From Lama glama (taxonomy: Eukaryota): DNA of 64,000 nt. Location: positions 29,452,001-29,516,000 of the forward strand of contig CM052816.1 of the NCBI GenBank assembly GCA_028534125.1. Reading direction: 5' to 3'. A program made the position numbers and the translations under genes. The notes under the pieces are model-generated. The model did no database searches and was not told the origin of the DNA. It saw only the letters and a list, made by a program, of their open reading frames with translations. Of the stretch, positions 1-12,269 are shown in pieces (positions within the stretch are counted from its first letter, which is position 1; each line of letters starts with the position of its first letter).

Positions 1-846
1 TACGTATAATACATATGCTTGAATACGCATAGAAATTTTCTGGAAAGTTACTTCTAATTGTAACACAGGGGAAGGAAAAGATGCTTTAAAATGTTTTATT
101 TTACTTTATCCTATATTCTTTAAGGGTTGAGGTGTTTCCCTGAACACATATTACTTCCAAATAAAAACAAAACAAACCGCATGTAAGTCGTTCCAGGTTC
201 CTAAAATGTACTGGCTTGGACAAACAATAGGACAGACCACCCCTTTTGGGAAAACCACCCCCATGAGATTTTTTTATTTTACAGACAAAAAACAAGCAGG
301 GACGAAAGAAGCGGGAAGATTGCTGATGGATCTTGAGCACCTGGCAGTGTCTGCTTCCTTTCTGTTTCCTGATCATTCAGGAAAGTCTTGCCGAAAGCTG
401 TAGCTTGGTCTTCATGCTAGGGGTGGAGGGGGTGGGAATTCAGAGGAAGTTCTGTCCTCTGGGAAGACGGAGCAGCAAAGCAGAGCAAGTGTTCTTCTCT
501 GAGGGAGAAAGGGGGAGGTGAAAGACGATGTCTGGCCAAGGCCAACCACACCAGCAGAGGATGGCCGCCTCAAGGACAAGGGCCGGGTCCTTAGCACAAG
601 TAAGCTGGGGCCCAGAAGATGAAGCTTCAGGGCAGTGTTTCTCACCTGGTGGTCCTCCACCCTTGGAATTAGCGGGGTGGGGGTCTGGGTGGGGAAGGTG
701 TGTTGTTAAAATGCAGATCCCCTGGCCTACCCAGGTCTAAGGCAAAGGAATTTCCAGCAGCAGTGGCCTGAGCTATCATGATTTGACTATTTGCATCTGT
801 CACATAAGGTGGGTAACCGTTACAATATGTAAAAACAGAGGTAACA

Positions 847-930
847 AGGGGAAGGAGGGTGGGAAGGGACAGACTGGGAGTTCAAAATTTGTAGATGACT
901 ATAACTCAATAAAAAAAAGTTAAAAAAAAA
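847..930 (+). mobile_element. Very short L1 3'-end insertion with internal deletion and TSD
   Basis: Similar to the L1 3' UTR at 49170-49400. Has an A-tail and the flanking direct repeat aaaaacagaggtaaca (831-846 / 926-941). Confidence 0.7.
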
Positions 931-1471
931 CAGAGGTAACAGAGTTCAACAAATTTTTCCCAAATGACTTTCAAAATTAGAATTGTTACTACTCCTCAAA
1001 CAGGAAGGACCTAAATCTTCTGAGATTAAGACCTTTATATTTTAATAGTTGTAAACTGAAGCAAATGCTTGGAAATTTCATCTCCTTCTTGAGAGAAAGT
1101 ATACCCCTCCCTCAATGTATTTAATTAAGAAAATGGCCTCTGGAAAACTAAGTTTATTTTTGAGGGGAGGAACTCCTAAAATGACTAGCAAGAAAATGTT
1201 TTAAACACCCTATATTTTTCCAGCTCTTCCATTTTTTCTGCAAATCAGCTGATTTAAGTTCTGCTCATAGGGTGAGCCTGCACCTGGGAGCTCACAGCAC
1301 CAAAATTTACACTTCAAATGCCTCTTCCTCTGCTGTTTCAGTTTGGAGTTTAAAGATTTCAGTTTACCTCACTTCTCTCTCTAAGCAATGTGGCATTATT
1401 TTCCTCTTTATGTCATGATAGAAGGCACAGTAGATTGACTTACTTATAAATGATTTAATTATATGTCCTCT

Positions 1472-2080
1472 TTCTTTTTTTTAATTGAAGTATAGTTGGT
1501 TTACGATGTTGTGTTAATTTTTGGTGTACAGCATAGTGATTCAGTTTTATCTATCTATCTGTATTCCTTTTCATATTCTTTTTCATTATAGGTGATTACA
1601 ATGTATTGAATGCAGTTCCCTATGCTATACAGTAGGGCCTTGCTGTTTATCTATTTTATATGTAGTAGTGTGGATCTGCAAATCTCAAACTCCCAAGTTA
1701 ACCCTCTAACCCTCCCCTTTCCCCCCTGGTAACCACAATTTTGTTCTCTATGTCCATGAATCTGTTTCTGTTTTGTAAATAAGTTCATCTGTGTCTTCTT
1801 TTTTAGATTCCACATTTAAGTGATATCATATGTTAATTGTCTTTTTCTTTCTGGCTTAATTCACTTAGAATAACGATCTCTAGGTTCATACATGTTGCTG
1901 CAAACAGCATTATTTTATTATTTTTTATGGCTGAGTAGTATTCTATTATACATATATGTGTGTGTATATATATATATACCCCACAATATATTAGACCATT
2001 ATATACATTTTGTGTGTGTATATGTATGTGTGTGTATATATATATATACACATTTTCTTTATCCAGTCATCTGTAGATGG
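1472..2080 (-). mobile_element. L1 3' end with embedded (TA)/(TG) microsatellite
   Basis: Poly-T followed by typical L1 3' UTR and ORF2-end sequence. ORF 1833..2051(-) contains EYYSAIK...FAATCMNLEIVILSELSQ, which is the L1 ORF2 C-terminus. Confidence 0.9.
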
Positions 2081-2899
2081 TCTTTGTCTTCTTTCAAAGA
2101 TAATTTTCACTCACTGCTCCTTTGGGACTTTTCTTTTCTGGTGCAGTGCAGCTTCAAACACAGGGTTAGAACTTTGGAAAATGTATCACTTAAATCAATT
2201 TGTATTAAACAAAGATGTACTGATTTGCTTCCTCATGCATCCAAAAGGGAAACCTGTGCTATAAGATTTACACAGAAGATAATTGAAAATAATTTCTAAA
2301 AGGATACTACCAGTTTACTGAAAGGAAGTTATTCCCTGAAAAAAAAACAGGGGTAGTTATGCTACTATCATCTGACAGAAGTGAGTTCATGTAATCACGG
2401 TTTTTGATTTTACAACATCTCCAATAAGATCATAAGGGCGATGACTGCATCATATTCAGATAAGGGTTCTGAGGTGCAGGTCTGTGGGTGCACCATGAAT
2501 CATTACAGTAGGGAAAGGATTCAGGTCCCCTATGGGTCATGGAGGGCCTCAAGTTTCCAAAAAGCCATCACTGTCTTCGGCAGCAGTCACCACTCTGCCC
2601 TCTCCCCACAAGCTCTTTTCCCTAGGCAACTCCATCTGTGTTTAAATGAGAAGACAATGAGGATTCTCCTTCCTCATCAAGGTAAGATTAGTAGGAATCA
2701 CATTAACAACTGACAATCAACAGTGTGGAAGTAGTCAAGTTAAACAGAAGATGTTTAAATGCCAATCTGGTGTATTTCTTGTTTCAGATCAATCGGCCTC
2801 TGTAAGCTCCCGGGGCATTACTGCATTCACTATTCATCCATTCCCCTAAACACAGCATGCCCACTGTGTTCCCTAACTAGGGAGCCAGTCCCTATAGAC

Positions 2900-3140
2900 A
2901 GGCAGGGGTACAGTGGTTCAGCCTGTGGTGCCAGCGTACCTGGGATCAAATCCTAATTCTACCAACAGAAGCAGCAAGACCTTGGGTGAATGGTACAATG
3001 TCCTGTGACTCAGTTTACTCATCCTTAAAATAATAGCATCTACTGTAAAGTATTGCTATGAGGATTAAATGAGTCAATACAAATTAAACCCTCAGAAAAG
3101 TGCTGAGTATTTAGTAACTGCTCAATAAATGCTATTATAA
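2900..3140 (+). mobile_element. MIR SINE
   Basis: Core motifs: ctcagtttactcatc...atgaggattaaatgag...gctcaataaatgctatta. Confidence 0.7.
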
Positions 3141-3590
3141 TTATTGTTGTGGGGGATGCAGGCCAATAGACCCACGACTACGGTACAGTGCAGCCAATTC
3201 TGTGATGGAGGCCCTGGGGGAATCCGGAAGGGCAGCATCTAATTTATATGGGGGCAACAGGGGTGTAGAGGGGAGGAGGGCACACATGGGAACATCTCAA
3301 AGCAGGAGTCCAGAGCAATCAGGCAGTTAGGCAATCCAAGCAGAAGGAACAATATGCGTAGTAGTTTAGATCAACTCACTGTAAGAAACGGTTCAGAACG
3401 GCTGAAGTAGAGAGTGCCTTTGGAAAAGCAGAAGGAAATGAGGCTGGAAAGTTGGACTAGAACCAGATAATGAGGCCTTTAATATGTCAAGTGAAGGAGT
3501 TTGAACTCAGCCTGAAAGCAGGGGGAGCAATTTTGAGAATTTGAAGCTTGGGACCGACAGGGTGGGATTCTTGTCTTAGAAACAGCCTTT

Positions 3591-3690
3591 GGGGAGTGGT
3601 TGGGCATAGCTCAGTGGTAGAGCACGTGCTTAGCATGCATGAGGTCCTGGGTTCAATCCCCAGTACCTCTGTTTAAAAAAAAAAGAAAGA
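3591..3690 (+). mobile_element. tRNA-derived SINE (camelid Vic-1-like)
   Basis: A box tagctcagtgg, B box gggttcaatccc, A-tail, and an imperfect TSD (agaaacagccttt / agaaagagccctt). Confidence 0.85.
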
Positions 3691-6600
3691 AAGAGCCCTT
3701 ATGAGGAAGACCCATGGAACACAGTGTCTCCATTTATACTCAGAGGACAAAGGGCAGAAAGGGTGAGAAAATTTCCAATCAGACTGGTTGAAATGTTGAC
3801 AGCTGGAAACCACTTACCTGGTAAATTTACTTAAGTGAAATATTTCACCCCTGAACAATGGTGGGAAACTATTGCACAAGGTGATAGAAACTAACTGTTG
3901 TTTCATACTTACTTCTTACCACGGGGTTCACTTACACCATGGGACAGGTGAGAACTCAGGGGAAGGTGACCATCTCGTGAGTGCAGGTGCCACTGCTGGG
4001 GAGAGGCCTGCCTTTCCTCACATCGGTTCCTGTTCTGCCCTTGGTTACTCTTTGTCCTGCCAGGAACTTCTACTTCAATTCAACCTATTTTTCCTTTCTG
4101 TTTTATTTGCTGAAGCAAGCATTCACCGCTCCTGTTTTCTAGGCCACTATACATCTGCTTGGATTTACTTCTCCAACTCTCACCCACGGATGGAGGGAGA
4201 GAAAGCCCTGTGTTCCACCCTCTGAGATTCAAGTCAAGACGCATGGTTGTACTGACCTTCAAGAGGCATGGGTCCATCTACCTGGGCCCATCCCAGAACA
4301 CACAGTGTTGCTCACCCTGTACAGGGCAGCAGAGAGCAGAGGGAGAAGGAAGGAGAAGTATGTTCGGCGTAACACGTTGTCAGTAGCAAAACATTAACTG
4401 GAACCCAATCCTCTGGCTTTCGAACCCTGAGTATTTTCTACCAGGCAACACACACTTTAAACAAAACACAAGGCTCATTAAAGTGAGCATACTCTTTATG
4501 ACCTCACTGGCGTGGGTAATGGAAAACCAAGAAGTTATCTCTAAATGAATTGGAATGTTTATTCTGGCTGCAAAGCCATTCCCCTCAAGGAATCCACCCG
4601 GAAACCAGGCCCCAGTTCCCCAATTTCTCCAATTTTTGTGGTTTCTGCTCTGGAGGGCTGGAGGGCACAGGAGTCTTTCTAGAAGAGAAGCAGAATAGGA
4701 TACAGCAGGCATGACAGGTGGGTCTTCCCAAGCAAAGTTTTAAAACATAATACAACCAAATGAATGAAGGTAGAAATTATCATTTTAATGGCTCAAAGTA
4801 TAACAACTTACAGTATCAAATCTCTAACTAAAGTGGGAAATCCCAAGCAGGAAGTCTCTCTCCTTCCATGCTGATGCGAAATCAGGGCAGGGAGAAAGGC
4901 CAGGGGTATTTCACTTTTCTCCTTTTGTCCTCAGCACATGATGGGAAAGTTGCTTTGCTTTGCTGTTTTAAGTTTTCATTTGTTTTTGCAGGTGAACCCT
5001 CTTAGATCATACGCTTCAAGTGTTAATTAAGAATGGAAATTACTGCACTGATCCAGCCAGCCCTGATGAAAAGATGATGGTCAGGTGAGCAACACCCTCC
5101 ATATGAGCTCATAAAATGTCCACTAAAAGACGATGAGAAAAGGGAGGGGGGACACCACGGAAAACCAGATGCTCTCCCTCTCAATACAGGTGAATAGTTA
5201 GACAGTTCTGCAGAACCAATTCTCAAGAGAAATATAAGTTATTTTCAGCCCACCCTTCTGAAAGAAAGATGAATTTTTATTTTTAATACAGCAACTAGCA
5301 AGAAACATACTAGAAGCAGAGTAGAAACAAAACTATTCAAAGTTCTTTAGAAATTATTTTCTCTCATAAAATAATGCTCATATTTCTAGACTACCTCCCT
5401 TGGAATATAACCATTTTGAGGTTATCACTTGTGAAAGTTTAGGGATCTACCAGCCCATAAAATACCAGTAAACAGTTAGAGGAAAGTTATAGCTTAGAAC
5501 CAAGTGACCTGAACATACAACAGGTGGTTTGAAGGTGAAGCTCAATGTTCTGGCCAGTCTGACCCCAAAAAGGCCACCACATTTGGTCCTATCATTCAAA
5601 ATGTCTAGTGAGTGAAAAACCAACCCTTCCTTTCTCTTATTTGCTAAAAGATGGGGACTAAAAAGCAACTAAAAATACTTCAGAGCTTGATGGGACCGCA
5701 TAAATTATGTGATCTAAGTGGTCTTTTTTCCTGAAGATCAACTGAAAAATTCCTAGGAACATCCATCTCACTCCTCTCCAGTTCCTGGACTCTCATTTCC
5801 CCACACCTTCCCCAACCCAGAACAGTCGGATGAGACGTCAGAGTGGGGAAGAGGGCACAGTGGGAATATTCCTAGGATCCTAGCTGACACTTGGATTATT
5901 TTACCCTAAGGGATAGGGCTGTACTTCTGGTACATTATGAATATGTGTCTTGATACTTCCAGGCCAGTTCCCATATCTTTTCCCCATAAAGATGATTTGT
6001 TTAAAATCCTTAAAAAGTGTAAATCAGATTTCTGTGGAAAAGTTAGTTCTACCAACATTCCCTCAGTACCAGACACAGAAGTGGGTGATAAGACCCAAAG
6101 ATGGGACTACATGGTCTCCATCCTGAAGGAGCTGGGGCACACGAACAACTGACAAAAATCACATTCAATTGTGGAAACTGTCATGAAGAGCCAAAGGGAG
6201 CGGCTGCTGCTGCTGAGGGAGGATCAGAGAAGGCATCCCATAGGAGACGACGTTTCAGTGGGGCTCTGAAAGCTGAAAGCTCTCCCAGCAGAGAAGGGGG
6301 GCCTGGGAATGACAGACCAGTCCACTGAGGGGTACGAACTGTGACATATTCCAGCTGGCACGAGCATAGGGTGCCCCAATGGGGAATGGCGGGAGGGAGG
6401 AGAGAAAGACAGGATGACACAAGACACAGGATCTCTGAACACCAAAAGAAGGAGTCCAGACGCTAATCTGCAGGCAGTGTGGCACCACTGATGGTTTTTA
6501 TGCCTGGAAGGAACACAACTGGGTGACAAGGCCAAGAATGGACTGGAAGCTGGGAGACAGGTGAGAAGACATACTAATCACGCTAAGAAATGGGGATCTG

Positions 6601-7087
6601 AATTCTGAATTCTAGACGACTGTCTCCACCTTCAGATCAAAGCTTGGGGCCCATCTGTAATGCTTTTAGCATTAGCAGCCCAAAACCTGCCTTGCAGATG
6701 GTCACTGTCGTAAATGGCATCCACACCTAGGGTTCCTCTCCCTGGGAGAATGCCTGCCCCTTTCCCTCTACCTCATGTGGATTCCATAAAGGGAGTACAT
6801 CACATAAGTTAACCTGAGGTTTGTGGAAGAAAGGCCTCGGACAGAAAATATGTTCCAATACAACCAGCAGAGTGCAGTTGATAAGAACACGGCCCAGCAT
6901 GGTCCCAGCACTAACATTTACCAGCTGCTTGATCTCAGGCAAATTACTCAGCCTCTCTGGCCTCAACTTCCTTATGATAAAATAGGTAAAAAAAAAAAAA
7001 AAAGCCAAAAAAACTACCTTCTTTGGAATGGTGGTATGAGGTTTGAGTACAAGTATACAGTAAGCAAGGAAAATAATACTCGTTCTT

Positions 7088-7224
7088 TTTTTGTTTGTTT
7101 TGCGGGGAGGTAATCAGGTCTATTGATCGATTGTTTTTTAATTTAACTGGAGGTACTGGGGATGGAACCCATGACCTCGTGCATGCTAAGCGTACATTCT
7201 ACCACTGAGCTAAACCCTTCCCCC
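7088..7224 (-). mobile_element. tRNA-derived SINE (Vic-1-like)
   Basis: Reverse-strand A/B boxes. TSD aatactcgttctt (7075-7087) / aatactcattctt (7225-7237). Confidence 0.88.
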
Positions 7225-7689
7225 AATACTCATTCTTATACCCACTTTTGACAATAGACAGCATCTAAAATGGAATATTATTTCTAAGTTTCAAGCATAA
7301 AAAAAATCTAGCTATTCACAACTATTACAAATGACATGGTTTTAGATGGTCTACTTTCTAAGTCTGAGGGTTCCCGATAAAGCTGTAAAGCTTTCTCTAA
7401 CTCTCTCCTCTTTAAAATATATAACATTTGTTTGAATAGAATATGCTGATCAAAACTGAACCCTCTTTCTGATGCTATGATCACTGATTTTTCTCAAGTG
7501 CCTGATGAAGTAGAAGGAAGGGCTAACCACAATAAAGGTGACTCAATATACTGTGGATTTACTGTCAGTGGGGGTTAAATTATATCCCAAGAGTATCTAG
7601 AATGTTTCCCACTATAACACATAAAATATATGTTGCAAGTGTTATCTGACATCCACACAATAAAAGGTTTGTGATTGCGTTTTTTCTTC

Positions 7690-8365
7690 ATCCTTTTAAA
7701 CTTTTTTATGACGCAAAATTTCAAACACACAGAAGTAGAAAGAAGAATATAATGAGCCCTCACTGTCCATCACCCACCTTCAACAATAATCGACCTATTG
7801 TCAATCTTGTTTCACTTACACCTCTCCATCCCTTACTCCTTTGTGGTTACCTTTTGTTTTTTATAGCTTTATTGGGGGTACAATTTATAATTGCAATTAT
7901 ACAATGCAGTGATTTTGGGTAAATTTAGAGTTCTACAACCATTATTATAAGTCAATTTTAGAACATTTCACCCTCCCACAAAAAGTGTCTGTTTGCCTTT
8001 AATCCCCATTCTCACTTCAGCTTCAGGCAACCACTAATTTACTTTCTGTCTTTACACATGTGCCTTTCCTGGACACTGCATATAAAGGGAATTTTGCCTC
8101 TGGTTTCTTGCTCTTAGCAAAATGTTTTTAAGGTTCATCCATGTTATAGCAGATATAGTACCTTCTTTTTATTGCTGAATAGTATTCCATTGTATAAATA
8201 TATCACATTTTGTTATCCATTCTCCAACTAATGGATATTGAAGCTGTTTCCAGTTTGGGGCTCTTATGCATAGCGCTTTTATGGAGATTATAATAGAAAT
8301 ATTCATGTGAGCATGTATTCTCATGTCTCTTCAGCAGACACCTAGAGGTGGAGTTGCTGGGGTTT
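7690..8365 (-). mobile_element. Old L1 3' fragments
   Basis: Typical antisense L1M motifs (ggcaaccactaatttactttctgtct; aggttcatccatgtt; attgctgaatagtattccattgt). Confidence 0.75.
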
Positions 8366-10125
8366 TATTGCCTTCTACTGAACAGAATCACAAAATATTA
8401 GAGTCTGAATGGACCTTAAACCTCATATGTGCCACTGTTTTATTTAACAAAAGAGGAAATAACTGATTTGTTTATATTCACAGTTCACTGGTGACAGAGA
8501 CAGGATTTAAACTCAGAACTTCCCATCCTTTCTTTTTTTTTTCTTTTTTAGTGAGTTTCATTATTCCCGTGAGAAATACCCCTCCTGGAGCCCTCTTCCC
8601 TCTGCCCGCTTCTGGCCTGGTTTTTCTCTCTGTTCCAGAGCTGCAATTGAGGAATTTCTCTCCTGAATCAACGTAGGACACTCTTTCACCTCTTGTCGAC
8701 TTGCACATCCCCCTTCCCATCCCAAGGCCCTCAACCTCACCTCCGGGGAACCTGGGAACTCATTTCTGAGCCCTCCTGGGATTCTGTGAGCACATCAGTT
8801 GCTTCTGGTCCTCTCCCCTCACCCTCCTGCAGGCATTTTACTCTTGACCCTTTCTCTCTGCAAACTCATTTGCCATCACTTCATCTGCTTTTTCTCTTCA
8901 AGTCCTGTGTGGTTTAGGGTTAGAGACTTCTCCAAGGTCTCTGAGAATATAGTGTGCAAAGAATATGCCTGATCTTTTGCCTTTTGAGTTGTTTGGGGGA
9001 TTTTCAGGAGAAGAAAGCAAAATTGTCTTTGGTAGCTTGAAACCAGAAGTCTCCAGCTTTCACAAGATGATGGTGAAATACTTGATAAATGAAACAATGG
9101 GAACAAGGGAAATTTCCCTCAAACAAAGAAATGGAGAAGGAGATAAAACCTTGCCTGAAACTCCAAACAAGAGTTTCATTCCATCTATATCTTAGATGTG
9201 CATGAAAGAGGCTGCCCTTCACTATTAAAAGATGCAAGGAGCCCTGACTTCACTCTGTGGCCGGTCATTCCTTCATTTGCCTAATTTAGGCAAAATAAGA
9301 ACTCTGTTTGAAGCTGAAAATAATCCACGGGCTTTTAAAAATAAAATTATTACCCCAAGTTTCCTATAAATATGTTGGAATGCCAAATGCCAAGCACACA
9401 GAACTGACTTTGAACACTTTTTTTAACTGACATAAGTCAGATCAACTACAGTTGCTCTCTCTTTTATGCACATCAGGCCGGAAACAGTGGCTGTACTGTC
9501 ATGTTGTAATAATCGGCTGCTATTATCCAATCAGTCAGCAAATATTTATTAGGCACCCAGGGCAGTAGGCACAGCAGGGGAAATGGACATGGATAAAGAT
9601 ACAGCCATTATGATGCTTGCAATCTACTTGTGATAGGGCAAAAACATGCAAAGTTAAACAGTATAAAATACTATGTGATCAAGGGGCAAGGGCAGAAATA
9701 TTACAGAATTTTAGAAATGAGAGAGTTGAATAAGACTGAGGGAAAAAGAAAGGGAGGTAAGGACACCAAAACCCTAAAGCTCACATGCAGACTAAAGCTG
9801 AACTATGCCAATGATCATGTCACTCACCTGCTCAAAAACGTCCAGTGGGCTCATCAGTAAGAAACAAAGAACAACCAAACTTCCCAGTCTGGCCTTCAAG
9901 ACCTCATCGGCCCTGCCCCTTTCACCTTGCCGAGTTCTGCTCCAGCCAAATGTTCCTCAAACACAGCAGGACCTGTCGCTGTCCAACCCCAGCTCCTGAC
10001 GCCCCATCCTTCAACACCCACTCCCTCAATCTCAGCCCCTGAAAATCCATCAGTTGTACATTCCACCTCCTTCATGGAGGCACCCCAACACTGCTTTCTC
10101 GTTACTACACAAGATCTTTGCCTCT

Positions 10126-10786
10126 TGAGATAGCCAGTCTCCACAGTGTCCCCCTGTGATTCTCACTTTCTGGCATTCACAGTCTCTTCCCCACTGAATA
10201 TGACGACCTGTATAACCAATAGGATATTGTGGAAGTGATGCTGTGTGACTTCCAAGGCTTGATCATAATAGATGTTCGAGGCTTCCACTTTGTGCTTTCT
10301 TGGATCATTCACTCTAGGGCAAGTCATCCACCCTGGTCTCAAGGACACTTCTATAAATCTACAGGGTGGTGGGGTGGGGGTTATGACTCAGTGGTAGAGC
10401 ATGCACTTGGTATGCACCAGGTCCTGGGTTCAATCCCCAGTACTTCTGTTAAGGGGGAAAAAATAATATATATATTTTAAAAACCTACAGAGAGGACTAC
10501 ATAGTGAGGAACTGAAGCCTCCTGCTCAGAACCAGCATCCATTTGCCAGTTATGTAAGTGAACCATTTTGGAATAGGATCCTCAGAAAAAATCCAGAAGA
10601 AGCCCCAGAAAAACCTCCAGATATTTGCAACTTCCTGTCTTTAACTTCAGGAGAGAACTCAAGTCACCTAGCTAAGCTTCTCCCAAATTCCTGACACAGA
10701 AATTGTGTGTAATAATACATGCTTCTTATTGTTTTTAGCTGCTAAGTTTTAGGGCAATTGTTAAGCAGCAGTAGATAACTAATATA
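10126..10786 (+). mobile_element. MaLR (MLT1-type) LTR interrupted by a SINE
   Basis: MLT1-like end (ctaagttttagggcaattgttaagcagcagtagataactaata) and body motifs. Confidence 0.7.
10365..10480 (+). mobile_element. tRNA-derived SINE (Vic-1-like) nested in the MLT1 LTR
   Basis: A/B boxes and TSD aaatctacag / aaacctacag. Confidence 0.85.
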
Positions 10787-11771
10787 CCTCTCTGATGTAG
10801 TACGCATTGCATTCCAATTATTTGTAGCCTAACCTTATAAATTTTCCTTAGAATTAGACTAACATTTCCCAGAGGGAAAGGACCTTCTTTGTCATTTTTC
10901 AGTTATCTGTATGCTTTAGTAAGACACTTAGCAATCATTAGTTGATTGAATGATAAAAGAACAGAGAAATCAAACGAAGAAACTGTTGATGAAGTTGTGC
11001 CTTGGGCTGACTTCATACTGGTTTTGGATGATTCTGTCTTTTTTTTTTTTTTTTTTTTACTTTAAGGACTTGGTAGTGTGAAAGTAGTAACAGCTGGTGG
11101 TCTAGATTCTGAAGCAGCCCTGGATTTTAGGAAACACAGCCAGAAATACAGACAGACCTTGTCTCACCTCTACCTGAGGACTTGTCTTGCACCGTGACAT
11201 TCCTAACTTTTCCCAGAGCAAGGCCAGCTTCCCAGTGTCACAGAAGATACAAAGGCAGTGGGGTGTGGCAGGGCAGGAGTCAGGGATGAGGATGGGGGAG
11301 GAGACTGGCAATAATAAATAGTAACCACGTAACAGGTTTGCTGTTGGTCAGCCATGTCCAAACAGCCTAAACCTGGTAGAAGCCCCAGGGACTAGAGGTA
11401 TTTTATAGGTGTCTGATTGAGAAGATTTCTTCTGAATTCTCTAATTTTTAGAGAGTGTTTCAGTCCAGTGCAGGTCCTCTCCAGAGTTCGGACTAAGCTA
11501 TGGTCTAACAGAGTCCTCATAGGTCTTCTTAGGATTCACTGTAGCTGGTTTGGCGACTAGGAAGACTGAATACCTCTCTTTAAGCCATAAATGAAAGCAG
11601 AGGAAAAAAATACTAGAATTAATCTCTTGTGGGTTCTTTTACAGACCAAACCATAGATAGATACCAGATAAGGATGCAGTCACCCCTTTGGGAAACACAA
11701 AGAAATTCAAGCATCATCCCCTAGGCTAAATTACAGGATGTGATACACAATAAGTAGAGTGAAGCAAGATA

Positions 11772-12269
11772 CACATCTTCCTTGACTTACGATGAGGTTA
11801 CAGTCCTGATAAACCCATCATAAGTTGAAAATATCGTAAGTCAAAAATGTATTTAATAATCAACGTGTGGAACATCATAGCTTAGCCTAGCCTGCCTTAA
11901 ACGTGCTCAGAACTCTTATGTTAGCCTACAGTTGGACAAAATCATCTAACATAAAGCCTTCTGTATAACTAAGTATTGAATACCTCATGTAATTTATGGA
12001 GTACTGTACTGAAAGTGAAAAGCAGAATGGCTGTGTGGATACAGCATGGTTTTAAGTGCCTCGGTAGTTCCCTTTGTGACTGTGGCTGACTCGGAGCTGC
12101 AGCTCACTGCCCAGCATTACAAGAGAGTGTGCACCATTGGTCCCTAGCCCAGAAAAAAGAGCAAAATTCAAAATTCGAACTACAGTTTGTATAGAATGTA
12201 CTTTGTTTTCTCACCATTGGAGAGTCAAAAAACCATTAAGTCAAGCCATCGTAAATCAGGGACCATCTG
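11772..12269 (+). mobile_element. TcMar-Tigger MITE (MER47/Tigger5-like)
   Basis: Terminal inverted repeats (cacatcttccttgacttacgatg ... catcgtaaatcagggaccatctg) flanked by TA. The internal sequence resembles MER47. Confidence 0.85.

Noticed and set aside
3591..3680. tRNA-like sequence (also at 7150-7224 and 10365-10450)
   Set aside because: A-tails, TSDs and degenerate stems indicate SINE copies, not tRNA genes.
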